Below, piece by piece: positions 51,509 through 64,000 of a stretch of 64,000 nt of DNA. The stretch lies in NCBI GenBank assembly GCA_002189035.1, contig NEEC01000009.1:1860001-1924000 (forward strand), given 5' to 3'. Source of the stretch: Utricularia gibba. Taxonomy: Eukaryota > Plantae > Magnoliophyta. Made by a program: the position numbers and the translations under genes. Within the stretch, counting starts at the first letter, position 1, and every line of letters starts with the position of its first letter. The notes under the pieces are model-generated. The model was given only the letters and a program-made list of their open reading frames with translations. It searched no databases and was not told the origin of the DNA.

Positions 51509-53367
51509 TTAGTCAGAGCTTCCCTTCCACTCCAATCTATCCAGACCGTCGACAATGGCCCGCCGGAACTCGTTTCCGTGGAGGAGGAAGGAAGAGACAT
51601 GTCCACCGGAGACCCATCTCACTTCCGATCCAGGCCACGCCTCCTGGAGCTGCAGCACTGAGTGCTTGGGAATGTATCCATCATCCTGAAAAAAAAAAAA
51701 AAAATGCAGCTTATCATTCATACGCATCTTTCAATTCTGCATCATCCTGTAACATTCTGAGCTGCACTTACAGTCGCTGCGACAAAAATAACAGCACTGG
51801 GGTTCTTGGGGACCGGAAACCGTGTAACATCAGTTAGGGACAACACATTCCGCAAGCGCTCACGCACTTCCTCCAGAGTCAAGGCAGCTTTTTGGTTATC
51901 AGCATTGTCATCTCTGAGTGCTTCCCAGGCTGTAGCATGCTTTAGTACTCCTTCACAGAATGCCACCACGGCCGAGTGTGGCGACAGAAAAGGAAACGTA
52001 GCGACGGGTGATGGATGTAAAGATCCAACCATAGCAGCATGCACTCCACCTGGACATCAAAAGATGACTGCACTATAGTTTATGAAAGTGTCAAGTGTAA
52101 GAAGGTGCTAAAAAACAGAGCAAATACTACTAACCCATGCTTAATCCACAGACGCCTAATTTGCCAAAGCCATATTCAGAATCTAACCAGTGGAGGAGAC
52201 AACAGGTCTCGTCGATGGTGGTGCGTCCGAGTAACAGAAGGTCGCTCACACAGAGGAGCTTTGCGCCACGCTGAAGTAGAGGGCGCCTTCGTCCATAAAA
52301 AGGACTGGATTGGATGAAAAATGCAGTGGAAGATTAGATAAAATGTTTGAGCTAGACCTCTTCTGTTTTTTTAAAGGATTCAGAGAGACCTCTCCAGAAC
52401 CATGGTTGCTATGTTTTCCTTGAGCAGTGGTGCACCTAAACGCAGCCTTCGCTCAAAGGAATGATCTCCGGTTCCTGATTTTGACCACAAAGAAGATGCA
52501 TGCACAAATTTTAATATCAGATTCACCGAACTGGTGGCATGGTACACAGATGAACATGAAGAATTCAGTGACAACTCGTGGAGATCAGTGTAACAGGAGC
52601 CACATTACCCAATATCAATATACCAATATCCATCCAAACTAGTTATTCCCGTCAAGCATGAGCCTAAAATACAAACAACACTACGCTTTTCTAAGGCTTC
52701 TAACAGCTAGAAGGAGGAAAAACTACAAAGCCACGAAGCATCAAATTTGGAAAGCATGTGCAAGCTTATGAAGAAATCAGGAATACGTATAGATAAATGA
52801 ATTCTTATGTTCTAAACTGCGATTCAGAAATGAGTACTAAGGAAGTCTTCAGCGACTTCAATACAACACCGAAGTAAACAGCATACCAAATTCATTGACA
52901 ATAACAATTAATATCATTCGTGATTCTCGCCATCTGATTTGAAAAGAATAAATACGGATCTCGAAGTCATTTTATGGTGAAATCAATTTACCTGCGAGGT
53001 GAACAACACAGGCCATCTGTTGTGGGCGACGGTATTTCGGAGAAAGAAAAGCAACCCGTGCTATGTGACTCTCCGGTGGCAATGCATTCAAAATCTGCTC
53101 ATCACAAGGAGTCTTGAAGGATCCTTCTCTAAGCCAAGCAGACTTTGATTCCCATACAGTACTCCATGTTGGATGAACTGAAGTGGGAGGCCGGTATTTG
53201 CCTTCTACCCCTGGGAAAACTTGCTTTATCGTTCTCTCAAGAAGATCAAGCTTCGATCCTCCCCAACCCCTTGAAAAGAATGGAGGGCTAATCTTAGTCC
53301 TATGCAACAATGCGCTGTATACATGATCCAGCCCATTGTAGAGCATACCCATATTAACAGTCACCAT
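51509..53367 (-). CDS. ABHD18: ABHD18-like alpha/beta hydrolase (DUF2048), 5 exons
   Basis: MVTVNMGMLYNGLDHVYSA...PPFFSRGWGG...CVVHLAG|TGDHSFERRLRLG...|PFYGRRRP..QRGAKLLCVSDLL.LG...GVCGLSMG|GVHAAMVGS...|DDGYIPKHSV...WPGSEVRWVSGGHVSSF. Ser-Asp-His triad is visible (GLSMGG, DDGY, GGHV) and all exons join in frame. Confidence 0.88.
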
Positions 53368-54086
53368 AAATTCAGAATCAAATCCAATTTTTTTTGGAAA
53401 AAAGTTAAATTTACACAAGGGAACACCAGAAAAAGTGAAGAAATCTGTTTTTTGGGTAGATCTGAAGAAACCCAGATCGAATTCTGAAGATCCCCAACTC
53501 AACGTCGTTGCGACGCCAAAACTTTTTACATTGGGAACGGAGAGTTGGTTCCCAACACACGAAATGCTATTTTCTAAACAAGAATCTAGATACCACTGAA
53601 GGGAAATGAAACAATCATTAGACACATGATTTAGGATTATAGAACACAGATTCTAGTAATCCCAACAAAGAAACTCATCCAGTTTTGCATTGACCAACAA
53701 AGATATAAGTCATATCGTATAGCAGGAAGAAAATCCAACGAATATCCCGAGAAGAAGGCCCCGAGATGCCGTGGCGCGTGTGGTGTGGAGTGGTAAAATG
53801 CAGTTACAACTAAGACCACCCTTCTTCCATTATTCTCCAAGTTTGTCAAGAACATGGTAAACGATAACCCATAGTTTTCACTTTATTACAGTGGGAACGA
53901 AGCCCGGGGCGGCTTTCAATATGTCCCCCTATCAAATCTTTGTCCAAGGTTACCATGTTAGAGGAAATAACTCCTACACGAATGGAGTTTTTATGTCTTT
54001 TTATTCAAATTATGTGGTAAACGAAATGCATTATATCCTTTGCGAATATCGGAGTTCAGAGTACATTTACTGGACAAAAAATCAGT

Positions 54087-54862
54087 TCAAGAGAAACAGC
54101 ATCCACTCTTCCCCTGGCTGTCCGCTTCCTGCCCAGGAACAATGATGGCAGTGCCTTTCAAAGAAGAGGAGGATTTGACGTAGGCACAGCTCGAGCCGTC
54201 GCTTCCAGAGAGGCTCTTCTTGCTAATAATCCGATATATTTCCGTCAGCACACTCATGAACGCCGTCTCGACATTGGTCGCCTCGAGCGCCGACGTCTCC
54301 GTGAAGTAAAGATTCTCCCTTTCGGCGAACTCCTGAGCATCCTCCATGGGGACTGCACGCAGAGTCCCTAAGTCGCACTTGTTCCCGATAAGCATTATCA
54401 CGATGTTCTTGTCAGCGTGTCCCCGTAGCTCCTCCAGCCACCGCGCCATGTGATCGAACGACTGACGCTTCGACATGTCGTACACGAGCATCGCGCCGAC
54501 TGCACCCCGATAGTACGCGCTAGTCACTGCCCGGTACCTGTTGCCATGAATCAACTTTATGAGGAATCATTTCATAAATTCGAATACTCAATAAAAATGG
54601 ATGAATGGGATTGAAATCGGAGATGGCGGATTAGGAAATGAAACCTTTCTTGGCCGGCGGTGTCCCAAATCTGGGCCTTGACGGTCTTTTGATCGATGAT
54701 GAGAGTCTTGGTCTGGAACTCGACGCCAATGGTGGCTTTGGACTCCAAATTGAATTCATTCCTAGCGAATCTTGCGAGCAGCTGGGATTTCCCGACGGCG
54801 GAATCTCCGATCAACACGATCTTGAACACATAATCAATCTGCCCTCCGTATACCTTTGACAT
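54087..54862 (-). CDS. RABA4D: Rab11-family small GTPase, RabA4 subclass (RABA4d-like), 2 exons
   Basis: [41 protein letters not shown]|[38 protein letters not shown] and C-terminal CCFS*. Intron 54538-54644. Subclass letter is from memory. Confidence 0.93.
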
Positions 54863-56372
54863 CTTCGGATCCCGATCGAATCGAATTTCTCCGAGAAATC
54901 ACCGAGTATCGCATAATGTGAACATCCTCAGGTGATCTTGACGAGGACGAGACGATGGCAATGGTTCCCAATACTGTACTTTTCGTGGATCGCGAGTCGA
55001 GGAAACCAGGAAAACGAAGTTATGAGGATCTTCTTCTTCAGATAGCATCAGGTTAGGGTTCGATTCTCGATCATGAAAATTGAGATAATGCTTCATTTGG
55101 AAGTAGTTGGCTGGAGGAGGAGCAACGGCAAGTACGGGAAAAACTGTTAACGGTTTTCAAATAGGAAATGACTAGATCACCCTCCTGAATTAGGCTAATG
55201 ACTAAATCACCCCATCGGTAACCACATTAATGAACAATCGTCTTCCGACACCAGAGCGCACGCGGGCTACCCTGCCCAAAACGTCGTCGTATACGTTACC
55301 TTTATATATATTTTTTAGTATTGCAATTTCAAAAATTTAAAACTAAAATGATACCCTAAATTCTTTAAATATCAAATTAAACAGAACACAATAAAACATT
55401 ATCCGAATAATTCCGTACAACACCTTGTAAGAATTATTACAAAAGGGTAAAAACGGGAATACCACCCAAGTGGCCCAGTTCATAATTGGGTTTAACATTC
55501 CAAACAAGCCGAGACAGCCCTTGTCGCCACGTCATCATGGCCCATTAAAAGTTTTTTTCCTTATTTTTAATAAATTGCAAATCTCAACCTTTATTTTATT
55601 ATAAACATTTGAAAAATAATTTTGAAATAACGAAACTAAGTAGATCCTCATATATCCCCATTATTACCAAACTTAAATAATTCCATTTATTATTATGATT
55701 ATTACTGTTATTATATTGTAATTATTGACAAATTAATTCACTAGTCTGTTCTGATACACACAACCATTTTTTTATTTCTATTATTAGATATAGATTTATG
55801 ATGATCTACATCCACCCCCATTAATGACAATAATGATAAAGAATCGGATTTCGGAAATTTAGTTATTTCCATATTTTTAATTAGTGATATTTTTTTATTT
55901 TAAATATATTATATATTAATATAACTTCAAAATTTATTTTTGTAATTTTTTAAGCTATTTTAAATACGATATTATTTTAATTAGTGATATAACTGACGCT
56001 TTTTATTTGGATGTTGTGGAATAATTATAGGGACCCACCAGCAAATGTCGCTGTCAACGTACCTTGTGTTTCTCATATATCGGAAAAAATGACGACTCCT
56101 TTTTTGAACTCGTCGCTGTGGAAAGAGAAGCCCCATCTTGGGGCGCGGAGCGGGAGGGATTGCGAGCCTTTAACCGCCTCTTTGAAGTCCTAGTTTTCTT
56201 CGAATGCTGCTGCAACTTTTAGTGGTGCAAATGGGGGCGATTTGAGGAGTCGGGTATGCTATTGGCGATTGCTGCCGGAATCTTGCAAGTGCTGGGTGGT
56301 ATTCTTGTGGCGGAACTCTGAGCCTGGAGATTGGGTATTGTTGGCCGGAATCGTGAAGTGGTGGCGTGGGTT

Positions 56373-59027
56373 ATGGAGGATCCAGTGGCTGAGGGAAGTT
56401 TGATAACTGGGGGGGTCGGGGTGAAGCTGGGGGGAATGGGGTTCGGACTAGGGCTTGATGAAATTCACGGCATAATTGCCGTTACACCAGGGACGGAGAA
56501 CACCTTGTTCACAGCGCCGCTGGAGCTTCCTCCACCGGGGGCGGTAGAGCTTCTAGTTAAAAAGGATATCACCAACGAAGCTATTCCACCACCGTTTTGC
56601 CCATCAAAAGCGTCTCTTATCGACCACGCCACCAAGTTCTCCGTATTCACGTCTACTGATGCTTCATTGGAGAGCACCACGATAATGTCTGCTCTAGGTT
56701 CCATGAAAGTCGAAATTGTGAAGCAGGAGGCATTGGATTCCAACTCCTGGCCCGAAGGTTCATCCCCTGCCGTTTCAAACCAGAGTTTGAACCCCTCCAA
56801 GCGGAAACGCCGAGAGAAACAGGTGACATTTTCAAAGGCCCTGTTATATGATGACAATCTTTGAAGAAATCAACTCTTAGGTGTTTTGTAATGAAATTGT
56901 CATTCTTCCGTGTATCTTTCCCAATTTGAATCTCTGCCTTTCAATATCGCAATTTCCATTTCTTTAAGGCGAATGAATCGAACAAAAAGGAGGGAAAACC
57001 AGGTGAGAACGAACGCAATGTGGGCAGTGGCGAGGAGCTACCGTATGTCCACGTGAGAGCTCGTCGTGGGCAAGCTACCGATAGCCATAGCTTAGCTGAA
57101 AGAGTAAGTTCTTTAACTTTAGCCCTCAGAATTAGTGGCTAATCAGACCCTTTAATCTAATCTCCTAGAGAATGAAGATTGGTAATCTGTCCAACTCTGT
57201 GCACAGGCAAGGAGAGAGAAGATCAACGCTCGGATGAAGCTATTACAGGAGCTGGTCCCAGGATGTAACAAGGTCAGCTGTCAGACGCTGTCCTTTCGGT
57301 GACTTTCATTTGTTCAGTATTTATTTTTGAGTTTGATAAATCAAAGCTTTTATTACAAAAAGTCGGTGTCTGAAATTTAGCCTCTATCTTTTATTAGTTG
57401 TGGGGAAGGGCCAAAAAAGCTGATGACTTTAGACCAAGAAAATAGGCAGGCTGTTGAGGCGTCACTCTCCCTCCTAATTCGTCACACGTAGTCGCCTTTT
57501 CCGTTTGTCTCTTTCTTGTCCTTTCTAATCTTCTCTGTTTAATGCTGTAAAAATTTGTCTTTTCTTTGATGAGTTTCACGGTTTGTTCTTTTGAACCCTC
57601 AGTAGATCCTTAAAGCGTCTAGCCTTTGTTATTAATGCTATGTTTGTTTTTTAATCACTTTTTTTTTACTGTGACCCCCGGTGGTGTACTCTTAGATGGG
57701 TATAAGACATATTATGATCCTGTGTTGTAGATTAAAACAGAGATATAGGGCATTCTACTTAATTATGGGAATTGTGGGATATGGATAACAGGGCCAAATG
57801 CACCAAGGCATTCATTCGAGTGGGAAAAAGCTTATCCTAGTTCAAAAACACCTGGTTTTTAAAAGTGGCTCCGGCTGGTTTAACCACGAGTGAAACACTA
57901 GTCGAGGGGGAAATGTGTTAGTTTTTTAGGACTGTTGATAGTTTACATTTCATTGGTTGGTTCTGTAAAAAAAGCAGACGTAAGAACTGGCTCGGAACTA
58001 ACTTCACAGATCACTCACTCTTGTATGACTCATTATAGTAATCAGTGGGCTAGTGGTCCAAATTATCTGGCCTATCCAAGAGGTTTTCCTTGTTTGATGG
58101 ATGAGTTCTCTATCTTGGAAGTAATGGAGCAATGAATGCTTGTCACGCGCTGTTGAAACAGAAGCAGAAAGATATAGAGATAACAACCCCTCCCTTTATT
58201 TCTCTTGCAGATTTCTGGTACTGCTTTGGTGTTGGATGAGATAATAAATCACGTGCAGGCATTACAACGCCAAGTCGAGGTTTGACCAGCTCATAACCTT
58301 TTTCTCTTCACCTATTGTTCTTCGTTCATGGGTTTTAATGAACCTCATATTTGTGATAATCAAGAGAAAGCACATGGGATATTGGAAATGACATGTAGAT
58401 CTCATATATATCTATTTCCATGGCTGCAGTTTTTATCCATGAGACTTGCTGCTGTTGCAGACCCAAGAACCGACTTCAACCTAGATTGCTTCCTCGCTGC
58501 CACCGAGGTTAGTGTTCAAATTCCCTACACTTGTGCCAAACTTTGATCCAGTGGGAACCGCAAGTTAGTGTAGCGTTATGGTAATGTTTAGTAGAAGTTG
58601 CAATGTTTCCCCTGAAAACGTCCTCTACTTTTTCAAAGTTGCACATCTTTACAACAAACGAAGCTATCATCACAAGCTTCGCCATGATGATTTTTCTTGT
58701 TCCAGAGCGGTACCTCGGTGGACACCAGCCATCCAGGGTTGTTTGCACCACCCATCTGGCCGGATAACCAGATGGACTTCATCAGACAACATCCGTATCA
58801 ACAGCCATCGCAGTTCAATGTACAGCATCAACCTTCCTGGGGAAGAGAAGAAGACCCTGCAGCCAGCTTCTTAGCTACAGAGGACTTCCCTCCGAGATAC
58901 TCCTCTCCCCTAAACTCCAGTAAGCCAAAACCATCGAATGCCTGTTTCTTTTGCCTTCATTACTTTGATCATGGCGGTTTACTGTGCAGCTTTTCGACAC
59001 TCGGGTCGTTTGAAAGTGGAGCTATGA
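56373..59027 (+). CDS. bHLH48: bHLH transcription factor, bHLH48/bHLH60-like (subfamily XII), multi-exon
   Basis: [31 protein letters not shown]|...[22 protein letters not shown]|[22 protein letters not shown]|[23 protein letters not shown]|FLSMRLAAV...DFNLD and a final exon ...RLKVEL*. Confidence 0.9.
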
Positions 59028-59581
59028 AAGCACAAGGAATGGGAGCAGCTGGGCTCTGTACATAAGATGATGTGGTTGAGGTTTGATTTCCACGCTCGCA
59101 CACAACCAAACAGACAAGGGATTCGCATTTGGCCTCCTCCTCTGAATGAAGATTCATGAATGCACTGCACTATATACAACTTATGTATTGGATCAACGGC
59201 ACTGTCGTCTTAGTCTCCAAGCACTACATGGGACGACGGCAATAAAGCTAATTACCTGTTCGGTTTGTTGGTTATTTAGTAAACTATTTAAAATCAATGC
59301 TAAAAATAGATCATTTAAAATTTAATTAACCCTAGAAAACCTAAATGTAATTTTTCTAGGCCCAATATGAGAAACGGGCCTGGGGGCATTCTTGGGTTTT
59401 TTGTAGGCCCAATCTTGAGTTTTCTGACGGTTTTTGTGGTGGTGAGAAATGGGGAATTTTGGGGGCGGTATGGCGGGAAAGAATGGTCGTTCGTTCTGAG
59501 AGAGATTATGTGTTGTAGCAGCAGTGCTCTGGGGAGTTATACAGCGCGAATTTTCAGTTTCTTGTCATAAGCGTGCTCGGA

Positions 59582-61160
59582 ATGGGGAAGCGGAAGAAGA
59601 GCGCTAGGGTTGCTGAAGAAAATTTAGACGATGAGGATGAAGAGATGAAGGAAAACCAGGATGGGAAGGGGAAGCATTCCCATTCGAGCAACGCTGACTT
59701 GTATCAGGTTTATTAGAGGGCCCTGTAGAAACTTCATTTTTCCGTTGGGTCTCAATCTGATGTAATTTAAGTGTTGTGTACTTAGGTTCTTGGGGTGGAA
59801 AGAACTGCGTCCCAGCAAGAGATAAAGAAAGCCTATCACAAATTGGCCCTGCGCCTGCATCCTGATAAAAATCCCAATGATCAGGTGAATTTTTATTTAC
59901 GCTGTCTTATCGTAAGGAATGCTTATCACGCTGCTTCGTTATTGTTGGGTTGTGTTTGCTGTCGTGCGAAGTTTCAATTTTGATGTACTGTTTCTGTAGG
60001 GGGCGAAGGAAAAATTTCAGAATCTTCAAAAGGTTATCTCAGTTCTTGGTGATGAGGAGAAGCGCGCTGTCTATGATCAAACCGGCTGTGTTGATGATGC
60101 TGTAACTCCTTTTCAAATAACTACTCTCACGTTGTCTAAGTTCCTTGCTGGTTTCTAATTCTCACACGCCCCAGTTCATAAGAGCTCATTTAAGTCTTTA
60201 TTCGGAATGATGGATAGGATCTGGTGGGTGATGCCATCCAAAATCTGCAGACGTTTTTCAGAGCATTGTATAAGCAGGTTTTTCATCTTCCACACTTGGG
60301 AGCTTTCTGGTGCACTTTGATGTTTTTTCTCTTTGGTGATCGTATCATTTATGTAACAATTGTGGTCTTCAGATCTCTGAGGCTGATATCGAGGAGTTTG
60401 AGGCAGCTTACAGAGGCTCTGATTCTGAGAAGAAAGATTTGCTTGAGCTTTACATGAAATGCAACGGAAACATGGAGAGGTATTAGCAACTATTTCATTC
60501 CCATAGATGACAAACTTCAACCGTCAATATATGTCATGTGTTCATCCTTTTTCAGGCTTTTTTGCTGCATGATTTGCTCTGATCCCATGCTGGATTCTCA
60601 CCGTTTCAAAGATATGATCGATGAGGCAATTTCTGCGGGTGAAATGTCCTTGCATTTATATCTCTTTCTCATCTCGTTCATCCAAAAGTCAGCGTGTTGT
60701 CTGAAAAACCCTTCATTCCAATGCTGTAATGGTGGAAGGATGCATTTACTTCACCCCCATGGTTGCATTGTACACAGTTGAACTTCTTATGTTGATTTTG
60801 CAGGAGAGTTGAAACAGACAAAGAGTTACATCAAATGGGCTAATAAAGTGTCCAAAACTAAGCCACCCACGAGTCCACTGAGACGGAGGAAGAAGTAAGA
60901 TCTGCCTATCCCTTCATGCATTATCATAACCAAGCAAATGAATCTGCCTTACTTCCATCCGCAGATCAAAAGGCGGCAATAGCTCTGATCTTTATGCGAT
61001 AATAGCTCAGCGGCAAACGGAGAGAAGGAGGAAGATTGATTCCATGTTCTCATCGCTAGTTCAGAAATATGGAGGTGAGGAAGCCGTTCCAGAGCCCAGT
61101 GAAGAAGAATTTGAAGCTGCTAGAAGGAAGCTCGAGAAGCGACGATCAAGGAAAAAATAA
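59582..61160 (+). CDS. ATJ6: DnaJ/J-domain protein 6 (DNAJC9-like), multi-exon
   Basis: [10 protein letters not shown]...DLYQ|[30 protein letters not shown] (HPD motif), [59 protein letters not shown] and C-terminal [23 protein letters not shown]. Confidence 0.92.
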
Positions 61161-61598
61161 CAGGTTCCAGTTGAATCCTATTTACCTTTCGTTTGCCTTT
61201 CAAACCCGAGTCTTTGCGGATCCTCCTATGCCAACTCTCACAGCCAATTGTTATTCCACCATCAAACGCAACTGTGACTCGATTTCTGGCGGTGGTGCCG
61301 GAAAACCTTCCGGCCACAGAAAATCTTTCCGGCCGAGAATGACACCACCACCCACAGCTAATGAACTTACACATCTCCACTGAAAACAGTTGGAAAAAAA
61401 AAGGTAAAGAAATGTACTAGACGCTTTCCCCAAATCATCACATGGGGCTCCATGGTTGATTTGCCTTGGCGTTACTTCCAAGCCACCACGGTCGCTGCTA
61501 GCTGTCTGCGTGGGCCCCGCTGCTCCCTCTTTATATATCCCCGCTTCGTCGCTTCTCCCCACTACTAGCTCTGGTGTCTTTGTCGCAAACAACCCTCT

Positions 61599-61790
61599 AT
61601 GGCGCAAATCACCCTTGCTTGGGCGACGGCCTTCGTGTTCCTCGCCTTTGTAGCTCTGTCTGGCAGCGCGTACGCACAGTCGTTTGCACCGGCTCCGTCG
61701 CCGACTTCCGGCGCACTTTCGTTGCCGATCCCTGGGACTGTGGTGGCGGCGGCTCTGTTCGTCGCGATGTTCGCCGCGTTGAGGCGCTGA
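61599..61790 (+). CDS. Arabinogalactan (AG) peptide, signal peptide + AP/SP core + GPI-anchor signal
   Basis: 63 aa: MAQITLAWATAFVFLAFVALSGSAYA / QSFAPAPSPTS / GALSLPIPGTVVAAALFVAMFAALRR. TATA box tttatatat lies about 65 bp upstream, and the ORF is GC-rich. Confidence 0.88.
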   Translation: MAQITLAWATAFVFLAFVALSGSAYAQSFAPAPSPTSGALSLPIPGTVVAAALFVAMFAALRR

Positions 61791-62309
61791 GAAATGTCGA
61801 GGCGTTGTTGTCGTGTGGTTTCTGTTTCGTTTGTGTTTGATATGGATTGAAATCTTGTGTTAGGAGATTCTATTTCAGGACCTTAGTCATCCACATTTCT
61901 TCTTAGTTGATTCGTGTCCTTCGGATTGATGATTATCGTTTACTGGTTTGAATATGTCTTTTGCCTCGGAATTCACGATTTCCGGTGACCGCCTTTTCTG
62001 GCCTGAGTGCTATCGGTTCACAAATACGTATCTGAATCCGGGATTATACAACTATCCGTTGAGGAAAATCGCCTACACTCATATTTTTTCAAATTTAAAA
62101 CTTTTCAAAATTCAAAATTCAAATATGGGTAAAATAAATTACATCATCATAAAAAAGGTTATTTAATCGAACATTATTGATTACATATATTAAAATATGG
62201 AAATTATTAGAAGAGGTAATTTAGTAGGTTTCACTTATTACCAATTCAAAAGGGTGCTTTATAATAATGAACTAATTCGGCCATTTTCAAATAAAATAGA
62301 CGAAAGTAG

Positions 62310-62375
62310 CCCTAGGCCCAAGATAGAGCCACAGGTTCACAAGTTTCAGGCCCAACTTGAAAACCCTAAGCCCGA
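62310..62375 (+). promoter_or_regulatory. Site II (GGCCCA) x2 plus telo-box (AAACCCTAA) in eIF3e promoter
   Basis: taggcccaag at about 62313, caggcccaac at about 62348 and aaaccctaa at 62361-62369. This pairing is the established signature of plant translation-machinery promoters. Confidence 0.7.
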
Positions 62376-62512
62376 ACAAAAATATACTGCTCGTTTGTTT
62401 ACATCATCGGCTAAACGCATCTGCACTCCATCCCCAGCCTGCGTCTCTCGATAGCCTTGTCCGACGGCGTCGTCTCCTTCGTTGATTATCACCACACGAG
62501 GAAATCTCAGCA

Positions 62513-64000
62513 ATGGCATCGAAGTACGACTTGACGCAGCGGATAGCGCCTCATCTGGACCGGCATCTCGTATTCCCAATTCTTGAATTCTTGCAGGAGA
62601 GAGGGTTGTATGCCGAGGAAGATCTTTTGAAAGCCAAGATCGAACAGCTTAACCATACTAACATGGTGGATTACGCGATGGATATCCACAAATCACTCTA
62701 CCGAACCGACGAAGTTCCCCATGGTATTTTGAGTAAACCGCCTATCTTTCCAAATTTCTCCTGAATTTCCTGCATTTGTTTCGGGGGTTTACGCGAAAAC
62801 ACTCTGGGTGACGTAAACCGCTCATCTTGAGTATCGTGTCTCGTATGCTACTTTGATCTTGAACCCAGTGGTTGGCGTTGAGCAGATAGTAATGTAATGT
62901 TTTTTGTTCTAGTGCGTCTATTGAGAAGTTTAATGTAGTTCTTCCCTTGTATGTAATCAGCAAGGTGATCGTGGATTTCTTAAAGTTCTCTGTCGATTAG
63001 ATGCTAAAGATGGAACCTTTTTTCTCAGAAATGGTGGAGAGGAGAGCTGAGGTGGTTGGACGGCTTAAGGCATTGGAAGAGGCAGCAGCTCCAATTGTTA
63101 CCTTTTTGCAGAATCCTAACGCAGTTCAAGAATTGAGGACTGACAAGCAGTACAATCTTCAGATGCTTAATGATAAATATCAGGTGGGAATGTTTACCAT
63201 GGAACTTTGGTTTTACGTGGCTCCATACTGCAATTTTACCGACTGAACTAGATATCTTTGTATCAATTTTAGTTATGTGACTTCATTGTCATTCGTATGG
63301 GTGTGTGACTTTAGAGGCCTTAGATCAATACCCGCTGGCCCCTTCGTCCAATCTTTAGTGTGCATTTTATGTCTAGAAAATATGATTATGTACTTATTTA
63401 ATATATTTCCTTGTAACATGCGGAATTTTGTCCAGATTGGACCAGAACAGATAGAAGCACTCTACCAATACGCCAAATTTCAGTTTGAATGTGGGAACTA
63501 CTCAGGTGCTGCCGACTATTTGTATCAGTACAGGGCCTTATGCACTAGCCCTGAAAAGAGTTTGAGTGCCTTGTGGGGAAAACTGGCAGCAGAGATATTA
63601 ATGCAAAGCTGGGATGTTGCACTCGAAGAGCTTCTTCGTCTGAAGGAAATAATTGACTCCAAGGTTAATACGAGTGTGTATAAATTTTGCTGTATATGTG
63701 ATTTCATACTTTTAATGCATGGATGTCATATCAGTGGTTAATGTGCTCTGCAGAGCTTCTCTTCTCCTTTGAATCAAGTACAGAGTCGAATTTGGCTAAT
63801 GCATTGGAGTTTATTTGTGTTCTTCAACCATGACAATGGAAGGAATCAAATTATTGATCTGTTCAATCAGGACAAGTATGATTCTGGACTCAATATCTCT
63901 TTTCCTATATTAGCCTTGTTATTTTAAATCCCATAATGCAATGTGCCTTGTAGCACAGTAAGCCGTTTGTCTTTTGGTGAATGTTATTTGAGGGATGGGT
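62513..64000 (+). CDS. EIF3E: Eukaryotic translation initiation factor 3 subunit E (INT6), 5' part only; runs off the window
   Basis: [28 protein letters not shown]...[14 protein letters not shown]|[10 protein letters not shown]...|[29 protein letters not shown]...[14 protein letters not shown]|...[20 protein letters not shown]. Confidence 0.96.

Noticed and set aside
55055-55075. GGTTCGATTCTC, a tRNA T-loop/B-box-like motif
   Set aside because: No A box, cloverleaf or acceptor stem; it overlaps a telo-box in the RabA4 upstream region.

Overview
Gene-dense plant (eudicot-like) nuclear DNA. I can support about 25 protein-coding genes in 64 kb (about 2.6 kb per gene), many introns of only 64-150 nt, and almost no transposon DNA. 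In order: PLS-E class PPR, UTP7/WDR46, NOPCHAP1-like, PEX12, enoyl-CoA reductase ECR, ALG5, ankyrin-PGG membrane protein, small plastid membrane protein, HSP20-like ACD protein, AIM1-type peroxisomal multifunctional protein, CCT8, RPS5, DED1/DDX3-type DEAD-box helicase, PORR protein, GIS/ZFP8-type C2H2 zinc finger, two dirigent genes, group-4 LEA, DUF761-type protein, ABHD18-like hydrolase, RabA4, bHLH48/60-like, DnaJ (J6/DNAJC9-like), an arabinogalactan peptide and the 5' part of eIF3e. The strongest cross-cutting signal is seven apparent 1-nt deletions, all in G/C homopolymer runs, that break five conserved genes. These are most likely uncorrected sequencing/consensus errors, not pseudogenes. 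I did not find a convincing novel multi-gene system. The best leads are modest: a possible 3'-UTR intron or hidden spliced ORF after the NOPCHAP1-like gene, a TRIM-like solo LTR, a motif-rich 4.4 kb gene-free domain upstream of the zinc-finger gene, and several poorly characterised conserved genes. All family assignments come from recognising motifs by eye and from memory; no database search was run.
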